Shown piece after piece: positions 39,346 through 50,506 of a stretch of DNA of 64,000 nucleotides. The translations under genes and the position numbers were made by a program. Below the pieces are notes generated by a model, which had not been told where the DNA came from, ran no database searches, and worked only from the letters and a program-made list of their open reading frames with translations. Numbering within the stretch: position 1 is the first letter of the stretch; every line of letters starts with the position of its first letter. This DNA comes from Rhizodiscina lignyota (taxonomy: Eukaryota), in assembly GCA_010015805.1 (NCBI GenBank), contig ML978128.1, positions 1,426,001-1,490,000 on the forward strand. The letters run 5' to 3'.

Positions 39346-40300
39346 ATGTTATCTCTCCCTCTTATCACTCCTCGTGATGTAAGTATCACTCAATAACTGC
39401 TCCGATCAAGACATAAAATGCTAACAGGCCGCAAAGGACGTGACAATATGGCTTCATCCGACCCATCGCCAGACCAATATTCTCGATTCCACAGACTCGC
39501 ATGAACATCCACACGCACCCAATTCCTCGCGCCGAGGCCAAAGCCGAACTCATTCTGCGCTTGCGCAGCTAGTCGCCGACGAAAATGCAATCGAGCAGCG
39601 CAAACAAAATGTCCGTCGCTTTGGTGCCGGCTGGATACGCCCGCCAGGGATTGCAAAGACTTATCAAGCAACAATGGACGAGCTTGCCGAGCGTGAGGAG
39701 CAGGAGATGCTCGCGAGACGCGACGCGCAGATGCAGGAGCTAGCCAATGCGCAAGAAATGGAAGCGCGGAGGCAGCAGGCACTCGAAGGTGGCGGGGATA
39801 TGGATGGTCAGGGTGAGGTGGAAGGGGACGAGGCGGGAGAAAGAGACTTGGATGACGATGTGCCAGAGGCGGAGGACGTGACGTTCAATGAGGAGAGCTT
39901 GTTGGAGGGCAGCATAGTGGCCGGTGAAGGGGATGGAACCGGCGTTGATCTGGATGCAGACATTGACGTCGATGTGGACGTCGAGAGGATTCTGGACCTG
40001 GAAGAGGCGGAGATGACCGGGATGTTAGAGGATGACCGGGACTTGGATGACGATGTCCCAGAAGCTGGCAGCTACCAACATACGGACACGGAGCTTGAGG
40101 ATGAGAGCACAGACGAGGAAGAAATCGGTGAGGCGAGCATGGTGAGAATGAGCGGAGGTAGAGCGAGACAGAGTATGCTCAGCGAAAGCGATGCGCAGAT
40201 GATGAGCAGCTCTTTTCTGAGCAGCAGTCCAGCTGCTCGGCAAGGTCTTGCGCGAGGGAATGCGTTTCGGGAGAGACTAATGCAAGGAAGGCAGCAATAA
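39346..40300 (+). CDS. Apc15/Mnd2-like anaphase-promoting complex subunit
   Basis: Exon 1 MLSLPLITPRD, intron GTAAGT..GCTAAC..AAG; LAQLVADE..RKQNVRRFGAGWIRPPGIAKT; acidic tail with RDLDDDVPEA repeated twice. Confidence 0.8.
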
Positions 40301-40522
40301 GACCTTATTGCTGCAAGTGGGGATGACGAAAACATGATGGTTCAGCTACTTTCAGCATAGCATGGCGCTGGTGAGAACCTCCCGTTGTATAGCATATGAT
40401 ACCCCTTTCGCACCCTGCGGTGCTTTATGTACAGCTCGTGCCCCGTAACGCCATGCTCTGGATCCAACGGTATGCTATGTGATGCATATGCGAAAATTGC
40501 TTTTGAGTAGCACCATATGCAC

Positions 40523-41187
40523 CTAGAAGAGCCAGACGTACCAGAACAGTATTATCACAGCAGCGAAGAAGCCCAACCATACCTTCCAGCCGACGCCCGT
40601 TTTCTCCGCCATCCGGAGCATTCGTCTCATTGTGCCACGTAAACGTTGTCTCGCGCTATCGAATGTATCATTCATCGTGTCTGCCAGTTTTGAAGAGTCG
40701 CGAATTTCGTCTCCGATCGCTACAGTGATCTGCAGATGGCCCGTAAGCGATGTGGGCCTATAAGTCCATGTCCATCAAAGGTGTACCCACATCCTTCAAC
40801 ATTTTCACCTTCGCGCTCATTCCCTCTATTTGCTCGTCGTTTTGGCTTTCCAGTTCTGATAGCACCGCGTCGCTATATTGGCCCTTGGCATTTGGCGTTG
40901 CGGATCGGAAACCAGCTCCTGCTGTCGAGGGATACGCAGAGAAGGCGGCACCTCCACCACCAGGACCGTATGGCCCACCGCCATTTGGCTGAAAGCCGTA
41001 GCCACTACTCGGTCTGCTTCCCCCAGCTGGTGATTGTGAGGACGTGCGGGCTTCGTAGTTACCGAATAGGGCGGAGCGAGAGTCGCGCTGGTGGAGGTTG
41101 GCGTTGAATCTGATCGTCATTGTTAGTCCTTGGGGATTCTCAAGCGCGTATGAGCAGGGAGAGGTAGAGAAGGTACCTTGAAGACAT
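40523..41187 (-). CDS. BET1: Qc-SNARE of the Bet1/Sft1 family (3 exons)
   Basis: MSSR|FNANLHQRDSRSALF; LESQNDEQIEGMSAKVKMLKD|ITVAIGDEIRDS SNARE motif; C-terminal TM. Confidence 0.88.
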
Positions 41188-41466
41188 CACGGAGGCTTTG
41201 TACGAGGCAGCAATGACATTGTGCGATATTGGATAGCTGGCCTTTCAAACGTGGAAACTTTGTGATGGGACAACGAGTACCGAAGCGATGATGTGCTACA
41301 GGGATCCACGACACGGATTCGCGATCTGGATGCCAAGGCGACCATGCCGTTGGAACGTCATTGGAACGTGACACTCTCAATATAGATACAGATAGCTCTG
41401 ACGGGAACGACTACCTTTTAAACTCTATTAAAGATGGCTATGATGTAGCACAGAACACAAGCGCTC

Positions 41467-44160
41467 ATGATGTATTTGGGAGCAGGAAGAAGCTCTTGCA
41501 GGGCAGCCTTTGGGGCCAGTCAAGCGCGTCTTCGCCAACTCCAACCTGCCCTTTCGAGGAAGTCAGCGTAAGTATATAGCGTTTGAGGATGATATATCTA
41601 ATCTGACAGATCCCAGACCTTTATCGAGCGCCTTCGTGCGTCCCGTACCACCTCTTATTCGTTATGCAAGTCTCGAAGCAGGTGACGACAAGAGCGGTCA
41701 TATCAAAGCTGGCCCAAATGAAGGCATTCTGTTCTTCGATAGTAAGTATAAATGTACTTTATGTCATAGTTAATCTAACATGGTACACAGCTGTTTTCCC
41801 CTTGAGATTACGGTGGCTGTTCCGATTGCCATTCCAAGAGACGAAACTCGATAGCTTAACGAAGCAACTTGAACGGCCTGCAATTGCAGGTGTCGATCCC
41901 CTTGATGTGATATCCAAAGTGAACCTCGAAAGAGCAAACTTTGACGTCGTAGAGTTGCTACCAAGATTGAAGGAGGGCGGGGCTTTTGTCAAGTTCACCC
42001 ATAATCAAAATGTCTCCTTGGAGACAATTGAAACCGCGGTCAAGGCATACCTAAAGGAAACCAGACCTCACCCATGGTGGGCGCCATTTACACGAATGCG
42101 AGCGAACCGTGTGCAGGGAAAGCCATGGGTCGAAGATCTCTACTCCAGGCTTCCTTCAACAAGAGTAAAAGTGGAGTTTCTTCCACCGAATCCAGGAGAA
42201 ACGGCAGCAGAGCTCTCTGAGGAACAGCTGTATAGCTTCTTTAGACGTTATGGAAAGCTTGCAAATATTGTCCCTCAACCATCCGATTCCAAGGTTTTAC
42301 CGCGATTCGCTTATGTTGATTTCACGGCAATCCGACGTGCCATAATGGCCAAAAACTGCATGCATGGCTATCTGGTATCAGAGGCTGAGGGAGGTGGTAA
42401 AACGGGTACCGTTCTGCGATTAAGTTATGAGGCGAAAGTCAAAGCCCACTGGATTCGAGACTGGATCTTTGGTCATCCGAGAATCGTCATTCCCGCGCTG
42501 ATCGCTATTGCTGGTGCCATCACTGTTGCAGTGTTTGATCCGTGAGTTCCAGCTCTAGGTATCATTTTTGTGATTCCATTATGCTAACGACTACAGGATC
42601 CGTACTTTCTTCATCAAGGCCCATATATTAGGCACTTTTCATATCACCAACAACCGAATATGGCGCTGGTTTAGAGCACAGGCAGCTGATTTGTTCACCT
42701 TCCGTCGAAGACGTGATGAGGACGCCGGTATGCAAGCCATCTGGAGCGAGCGGAACGAAGACATTGAGAAAATCCGGACATGGCTCATGGAGACGGCGGA
42801 TACCTTTATTATTGTGCAAGGTCCACGTGGCTCTGGTAAAAGGGAGTTGGTTCTCGATCAAGCTCTCAAGACAAGAAAACTGAAGCTCGTCATTGACTGT
42901 AAGCCAATTCAAGAAGCTCGTGGAGATTCTGCAACCATTTGCGCTGCAGCGGCAGAAGTAGGGTACCGCCCAGTCTTCTCCTGGATGAACAGTATCAGCG
43001 GTATGATTGACCTTGCGGCTCAAGGAGCGGCTGGGGTCAAGACTGGATTCTCCGAGACGCTTGACTCTCAACTTGCAAAGATTTGGAATAACACAGCCAC
43101 GGCTCTGAAACAGATTGCCCTTGAAGGGAGAAGCAAGGACGACAAGGATGCTCATATGAGTGAAGATGAGTACCTCGAAGCACACCCAGAGAAGCGCCCA
43201 GTAGTCGTGATCGACAACTTTCTCCACAAGGCTCAGGAGAGCAATGTCGTTTACGATAAAATCTCGGAATGGGCCGCTCGCCTCACAACAGCGAATATCG
43301 CTCATGTCATCTTCCTGACAAACGACGTTTCTTTCTCAAAGTCACTGAGCAAAGCGCTACCAGACCGAGTCTTCCGACAGATCTCTCTGGGCGACTGCTC
43401 ACCAGAAGCAGCGAAGCGCTTCGTTATTAGCCATCTAGATGCTGATCCCGCCGAAGCCGAGGCTGAAGTTGATGGAGAGAAGAAGCTCACACCATCTCAG
43501 CGTCGGAAGGACCTCGTAGAGCTTGACGAATGCATCAATGTACTTGGAGGGAGACTAACAGATCTCGAATTCCTCGCACGACGAATCAAAACTGGTGAAA
43601 CTCCAAAAAGAGCCGTCGCCCAGATTGTCGAGCAGAGTGCTTCCGAGATTATGAAGATGTACATCTTCGGAATGGACGATGCAACGCGGAAGTGGGGTCC
43701 GGAACAAGCATGGCATTTAATCCGCCAGCTCGCTCAGCAAGATGCGCTTCGGTACAATGAGGTGCTGTTATCTAGCCCGTTCAGTTCCAATGGCGATGCT
43801 GTTCTCCAAGCCCTGGAACAAGCCGAACTCATCTCTATCGTCTCCACCAACGGTCGTCCGCAAGCTATCAAACCAGGGAAGCCGGTTTTCCAACCGGCGT
43901 TCCGCATGTTGACAGAAGATAGAGTATTAAAAGCGAGGCTTGACCTTGCGATCTTGTCGGACCAGATCAAGTCAGAGAACGCGAGCATCGACAAGTGCGA
44001 GAACGAGTTGAAATTGCTCGGTGAGTTGCCTAGGCGGCCGTCTGAGATTTCCGGGCGGATCGTTTGGTTGTTGGGCAAGCTGAAGGCGAGTCAGGAAAAG
44101 GTTGAGGCCTTCGAGATGGAGAGCGCAGGACTCAAGAAGATCTTGCAACAGGAGTACTGA
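41467..44160 (+). CDS. YME2: Mitochondrial escape protein 2 (RRM plus P-loop domain)
   Basis: PRLKEGGAFVKF, GKPWVEDL, RRM, HPRIVIP TM, QGPRGSGKRELV, IDLAAQG, GGRLTDLE; 3 introns. Confidence 0.93.
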
Positions 44161-47144
44161 GTAACAATTCCATTTACACGGAGGACCATGCAGGAAATAC
44201 CACAGAATTCGACTCACTTGGTCGCGAATGTACATATATAACATCTCTGTATGAATAAACGTGTTCGAAACTGGTTTGGTACAGCTCTCACGTCACATCC
44301 ATGTTGGGGCACTAATCGGGTTTTAGTATACTTTACAGTAGTCTGAGCTCGTATTCGAATGTCGCCTGGATGTACTTGCTATGCATAGTTCGGACTTTGA
44401 AAATTGTGCAATGTTGTACGATAATTGCATTCTCCAGCAGCGCACAACACCAGACCTTTCAATAATTGATTGTCATCTGGGGCCTATCATGTACTTTCGT
44501 ACACCAAACCGTTGGCGCATGTGCGAGCTCTTGAGGTTCGTCGCCGATCCAGTCTCAACACTTCCCATAGATCCTTGGTGGCACCACTGGCTCTTCCTCT
44601 TTGCGTACTTTTGGATCGCTCTGACAGCTGGCTCAATCACCCCGAGTTTTCTGAGGCTCTTCACGATGGGTACGACCCGCTTCCTGTAATCTTTCCGCAT
44701 GGCCTAGCCATGTTACTACATGTGCCCTATTGTCGCGCATGGTTGCAGCAGCATGGCTCAAGAGCTCTGTCTCATCCAGTGATACAGCATAGCCGGGTTT
44801 GCGCTGTTTGGCAGCCTCGTGCGTCTATCGCCTGAAGGCTCCTGTAGAAGTCCGCGACGTCGATAGAAGGGTCGATCTGTTATTCGGCAGGAGTTCTTTC
44901 ATGCCGCTCGCGCTTGTTGACACTTTCATACACCCATCATTAGAATGCTTCTGCGGCCGGGTAGCGCGGTGGATTGAAGGCTCGTTGTGCGATCACTGGG
45001 AGCTCCTTCTTCACCACTCGCACCAACTTGAAGCTCGTTACGCAACCCAGCTAAAGTTCCTACTTGGCCGCCGTGTGCCAATGGAACTCTTGCTATGATC
45101 GCCCAAATACCCGTTTGACCGGCCTACAACGTCGGTCGGAGGCTTGTTGCGATGCATCAGGGAGGCCCTTTTTGTGACATGAACGCCGACTGGAGCATTG
45201 CTTCCATTAGCCGAGCCCTTCTGCTGCTGGCCTGCAACGCCAACCGAAACCTTGCTGCGCAATCCTTTGGGTGTTCCACTTCGGTAGCTCACGCTGATGG
45301 GAATATTACTTCGATCATCCGAGCGTTTCTTCTTGCGAAGCCCAAGGTCGACTGGAGGCTCGTGCAGCAGCATCCTCAAGTGAGGCTCTCTGGGGACCTT
45401 GATATCATAGATCGCCCGGTAATGTTCGCATGTTCGCCGCGCCCACCTCTCCTTTGGATTGAGATGCTTGTTTGTTCTGGTCTTCAGGCCCCCGCCGATG
45501 CTTGTTGCGGAGCCAACTGAGAGGAGGGAGGATATATATACCTCGAAACACTGTATCCCTAAGTGCGATATCGGAAAAGAGACGGTGAGTAGCTACCAAT
45601 GCCCAAAGTGGAAATGTTGATGTCGTCCTAAGAAGCGTCAGGTCGAGTTATCGCCGAGATCGGTTCGTCGCCCGGGTCAAAGCTCGTTGGTGCTGTAAAT
45701 ATTCTTGCTGAACAAATGCCTGCATATTCATCCAGTGCTGAAAGCGCAATCATGGCGTCGTAGACAGGCAGGAGGTAGGAGGAAGCGAGATCGTTGTTTG
45801 ATGATAGAGGTGATAGGGGTGTATATATCTCGAAGAACCCTTGTGTTGATACGGAGATGAGAACGGTGCTAGTCCAGTTAGTTACTATCGTCCATTAGAG
45901 AGCAAGAATCCAAATAAGCAAGTCAGCTCCAACTACCAAGCAGCCAACCTAGCTTTGTAGAACCGCAGAATTGCTTATGCTCTAGATCCCATCTGACCGT
46001 TGCCTTGAGGAACCCCTTGGTCCAACAGCCACACGCCAGCCATACGCCTAAATTAGATGGCAGCTTGATCAGTCTTGGCCGGAAAGCAGTGCGCCGTTGT
46101 CGATTGGTTTGCAGAGCTAGAATCTTAAACAATATATTTGCGAAGGCTACGACTGGCATGAACGACTAGAAGAGGCTCTAACTGGATTATGTAACAAACG
46201 GTCAATGAATAGTATGAACTGGTCGTAGAAGTGTTATGTCGATCGGAGTATGAAGTTCCCACGGACACAAAACGACAGAGATGGGGCCTCCACTGAGTAG
46301 CGCAAGAGGCCTTCAATTGACGTTCCGGGTTGTTTGCAGAAGAATTCCAAGGGGGGGAACTGAAGCCAACGACCGCGGTAGGCAGCCTTTGATGTAAAAG
46401 ACTTCATTATAAGCGATTACCATGAGCGTGATGGAGATTCTGTGTCGGAGATAAATGTCGGTTCAGACCTTGAGGCAGTTGATAATAGTCGACTTGACGT
46501 CGGCATTAATGTGAAACAGTTTCGGACTTCTGTGTCAGGTCAAAAAGAGGCCTTCGGGGACGGACATGGATTTCAATCCCTGCACTAAGACGTCTTACCC
46601 TGCAGGCCCTCGAATTGTTAATGCGTTTGTTGGAGCTCATGAACATGCCAGCTCCGACTATGGCATCGATCCAATGCATGAAGAGTGATCACTCGTGTTA
46701 TTGTCGTCTCGGTAGCCCGCTGTCTAGATGGAAAAGTGGCTTGGCCGGGTCACTCTAGCGTAACGCTTCGACCCGTGAACTTTTATATTAGACCACTACC
46801 CAATTCATTAGAGATCTTTCAAAAATAGTTGAACAATCGTAGAAATAAAATACTTCAGAGTAAAATGAGAATTATAATATATTCAACATAGTTGTGAGAT
46901 ACGGCAGCTAGAATGTTGGGCCCCGTTTTTGCCCAAAGGGCCATTTTCCAGCGCCACATCAACGCTGGATTCTGCTGAGCCGATAGAGTATGCCTGACTA
47001 AGGAAATATGTACTCCGTAACCGGTAACAAAAATCCCTGACAGCTGATTGGACAAGGCCACAGTTTAAGTGTGGGGTGAGCGAGATGGCTATATATACTA
47101 ACTCGACATTCCAACAAGCTGTACTTTCGGGATTGTGGTGTAGT

Positions 47145-47195
47145 GTGGGTAGCTCCAAAATTCGTCAAATAAACTCAAATTCTAACGTCCAATAG
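47145..47195 (+). other. Spliceosomal-type intron 1 in the tRNA D-loop (51 nt)
   Basis: GTGGGT donor, TTCTAAC branch site, CAATAG acceptor; removal restores the AGTGGTA D-loop. Confidence 0.8.
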
Positions 47196-47215
47196 GGTAG
47201 CACGTAACGTTGTGG

Positions 47216-47240
47216 CTTATGCTTCGACATGGACTCAGTT
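47216..47240 (+). other. Canonical tRNA (TSEN-type) intron at position 37/38 (25 nt)
   Basis: Starts one nt after the GTG anticodon; removal restores loop TTGTGGC; its 3' part CTCAG can pair partly with TTGTG. Confidence 0.8.
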
Positions 47241-47253
47241 CCGTTCCGACCCC

Positions 47254-47310
47254 GTAAGTTCTGGTCTTATTGGCTCTTTGTTCCACCAAATTCTAACGGT
47301 AAATGGATAG
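47254..47310 (+). other. Spliceosomal-type intron 2 in the tRNA T-stem (57 nt)
   Basis: GTAAGT donor, TTCTAAC branch site, GATAG acceptor; removal restores the CCCGG/CCGGG T-stem. Confidence 0.82.
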
Positions 47311-47857
47311 GGTTCGATTCCGGGCAATCCCACACTCTTTTTTTGCGCTTTCTTTATCATATATCTCCGCCCATTCCATCCAGGTTCGCACTTGAAGAGA
47401 AATCCTCTCTATTTTTTTTGGCTGCGAGAATGAATGTGAATCTTGCATATTGAAAGGCTGATGACGCGGAGGCAAATTTGTGAAATAGTATTTTATTTTT
47501 GGACTGTAGTGGACTGCTGTGCCTCATCTCACAGGTGATCTTTGAATATGCCTGTCGCGCTTAACCATAGTGGTATACCCGGCGGAACAGCAAATAAATA
47601 CTGGAATAAAAGAGAAACCCTTTGAATGCTGCAAGTTTGATGATTACTGTTCATAGGTGTCACGAAGGAAGAGATTCTGCATGACTACTATGTATGTGAG
47701 GTTATTCGGCCGTGATACGAACATCGCAAAGAACGTTCTATTGATGAAAAGACGAAGAAACGAAGAGACGGAGGGAGAAATAACCCAGATAGTACGCTAA
47801 AGCGATTCAAGATAGTTAGGTTGGAATATATCAACACTCCTCAAACTCTGCTCCAAC

Positions 47858-47928
47858 AACTTACGGGGTCGGAACGGAACTGTGTCCATGTCGAAGCATT
47901 CCACAACGTTCCCGTGCTACCCTATTGG
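47858..47928 (-). repeat. Inverted copy of the tRNA-His middle exon with flanking splice sites
   Basis: Reverse complement reads ccaatag|GGTAGCACGGGAACGTTGTGGaatgcttcgacatggacacagttCCGTTCCGACCCC|gtaagtt and matches 47189-47260 with three small differences. Confidence 0.88.
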
Positions 47929-48429
47929 GAGCAAAAGCAGCCATGAGAGGGACACCCGATAAGGATAATTAGTTGCTCGGCTCGAGTGTAGCGTGGCAGG
48001 TCATGTTGCAAACACATTTGGTAGCAGCCAAGGTATAGCAAGACAATCGGTCTGTAGTACATGCACAGAATGCCAATTTAAATTTTGTAGACTAGTCCGA
48101 GAGTGAATCTGGGATCTGAAGTACACGAAGTTTGAAGATCGGGTAATGCCCAGACGAAAAGGCTCCATAGCTATGCATTGCATCCTGAGATCCACTTTTT
48201 GCGTCAAAATCGGACTGAAACCCCAGCATATGCTTGAAGTGCGCTCAGATGCTTGAAACAACGGAATTTGAAGAGAAGGAAAAGGCAACCGCTGCGACCA
48301 TACCCGTGCCTTCCGAAATCATGGTAGGTCGCCGCACAAGAGTTCTATGTCCAAGCCTGGTGTACAAGTCGTCGAAAGTAATTGGAGTTGGGTTGTTCGG
48401 AGGTCAAGAGTGCCTCGGATTTCGAGGTC

Positions 48430-50049
48430 TTAGTGCTGAGGGGCGTCGCGGCCACGTCCACCCCTGGAACCGCCTCGGCCACCACGATATCCATCGCCAC
48501 CGCGATCGCCACGGAATCCTCCACGGCCACGTCCACGACCTTCTCCACGAGGTCCTCCCCTACCACGGTAGCCTCCACGATTGTCGCCTTGGGGACCTCC
48601 TCGTCCACGGGCTGGAGCGCGATGGTGGACCTCATGGAATCCGTCGCTGCCATTCGTGTTGACTGTCTTGATTGTGTTCGCCTCCATCTCAGCAGCGTCG
48701 TCCGCCCAACTCTGTGTGCTCTGCACCGGTGCGGGTTCGTGGGGGCTCTCAGTCTCAGCCGGGTCACGGGGAATCATCTCGAAGCTCTCCGCCAACGGAT
48801 CCTCATCGCCGGGTGCTTTGGTGTCCCACTGACTCTCTCCCGCTGCGTTCGCTGCATCATCGCCAGCGCTTGCTTCAGGTGGTGCCTGCGGTGTATCCGT
48901 AACATCAGCTGCTTCCGTGCCATTTGGTATCTGAGTTACCGTATCAATCTCGGTGAGTCCAGCGTGCGCCACTGTTGGGTCGGTGCCAGTCGCTATCGTC
49001 TCTTGCTCTGGTGGCGTAGGGTCAGCAGCAGCGACATCATCTACCCATGCTTCCTCTGCGGCGAATGGTGCTTCTTCGAGGGCGGATTTCTTGATTTGGG
49101 CGTCTGTTTTGACCCAGTCAGCCTCAGTCCTATTTGCATCATCAACTTGATACGCACATGTGATGTTCAGGACGGTTCCTTCAGTAGAAGGAACACTCTC
49201 CTCGGTACCGTCGATGAGCTTCTCCGCAGCAGCCACGGCAGCAGGGTCACCACCATACACGAGGAGTAGAGCACCCTCGAATGCCTTTGTCTCCTCTGAA
49301 TCATCGTCCTCTCGCTGCCTTCTCGCTGCCGCGGCGCGCAAGAACCTAGAGAGCACCAGCAAACGCTGCTTGAAGGACTTCTGTGCCTCGATAGCAGCCT
49401 CCGCCTTGACAGTCTCCTTCATCTTCTCCAATTCTGCCTTATGTCCCGTTTGTAGAAGCTCTTTCTCTGCTGATAGCCGGTGCTGATACTCCTGCTCGAA
49501 CTTCTTGCACTGCGCCAGCTGTTCCTCAAATTGGGCGAGCTGAGCCTGTAGGCCGGGTTTCTTGAGGGCTTGAGCTCTCTGATCGGCATTGATCTTGCGG
49601 GTATTGACGAGATCATCGAGAGAGAGATCTGGGAATTCGGCTATGATGGCATCGACTTTCTGCATGAGGTTCTGCGACACAGTTAGTGCCCTGCAAACTG
49701 GTCGCGTGATAGCGCGTCAAAATTTGACAGAGGCCGTACAAGCTTCTTGTTGACATTGCGAATGTTCCTTGACGCGTCCAGTTAGAATATGGGCTCTGGA
49801 CCATGAATATCATGAGATCGGAGGCTTGTTTACTCACTTTTGCAGCTCCTTGATGTAAGGATTCTCAGAGCCTCCTTCGACACCGTTGGACTTTCCATCC
49901 TGGCTTGGGGTATCTGGACGATTTTCTGATGTAGGAGTAGCTACAGAGCTCACTGCCGCTGCCTCAGCCTTGGCCTTCTTCTTGCGAGCGCTCTTAGATT
50001 CGGAGGCCGCGGTGGAGTTCGGTGGGTTCGAGACGGCGTCTGCGGACAT
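48430..50049 (-). CDS. Caprin-like RNA-binding protein (YAG7/Cpn1-type) with C-terminal RGG box
   Basis: SKSARKKKAK, YIKELQK|NIRNVNKKL, KINADQRAQALKKP, FLRAAAARR, SWADD, DGFHEV, RGG repeats. Confidence 0.75.
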
Positions 50050-50506
50050 GGCGAGAGTTGATAACGCTAGTGCAGTGGATTTAAGAGATCTGAGTAGAGT
50101 AGAAGCTGATAGGGTTGTCTGATTTTGTTTAGAGTGTGTGAGTGGGAAATTGGTTTGTGGATCAAAAGGCTCATGACGGAGCTCAAAAGCTCGAAATGAG
50201 GCCTGCCGCGGCAAACTCCGTTGTCAGCCCAAGTCGCGAACTGTTGATCCCGGACAGCAAGCCCTGCACAACTAAACGTTCGATGCTTCAGCAAATAATT
50301 GCAACTTGTTGTGAACTTAAGAAGATTTGAATATGCATCTTTACAGCAGGCGCGCTGAGCGTCATCTACAGGGTATCTCTTCTATATGACCCTAAACAAG
50401 TAAAAACAGTGCTAGAACGCTCCAAGCTTCGACTCCGTGTAAAATCAGAAAACCGAACGCCTTGCCGCGCGAAATCATATTGTCTCCCTTCTCCGGCCAA
50501 CTCGTT

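Larger units (their letters stand above)
47129..47332 (+). tRNA. tRNA-His(GUG) split by two spliceosomal-type introns and one canonical tRNA intron
   Basis: Joined exons read GGGATTG TG GTGT AGTGGTA GCAC G TAACG TT GTG GC CGTTC CGAC CCCGG TTCGATT CCGGG CAATCCC A; TATATATA at 47090-47097; T7 run at 47338-47344. Confidence 0.85.

Noticed and set aside
47195..47922. MITE with ~70-bp terminal inverted repeats and a TA target duplication
   Set aside because: The left 'TIR' is exactly the middle exon of the tRNA-His with its splice sites, and the TA is part of the TAG acceptor; the flanks complete a cloverleaf, which a transposon end would not do.
48382..49269. 295-aa + strand ORF
   Set aside because: Antisense shadow of the caprin-like gene.
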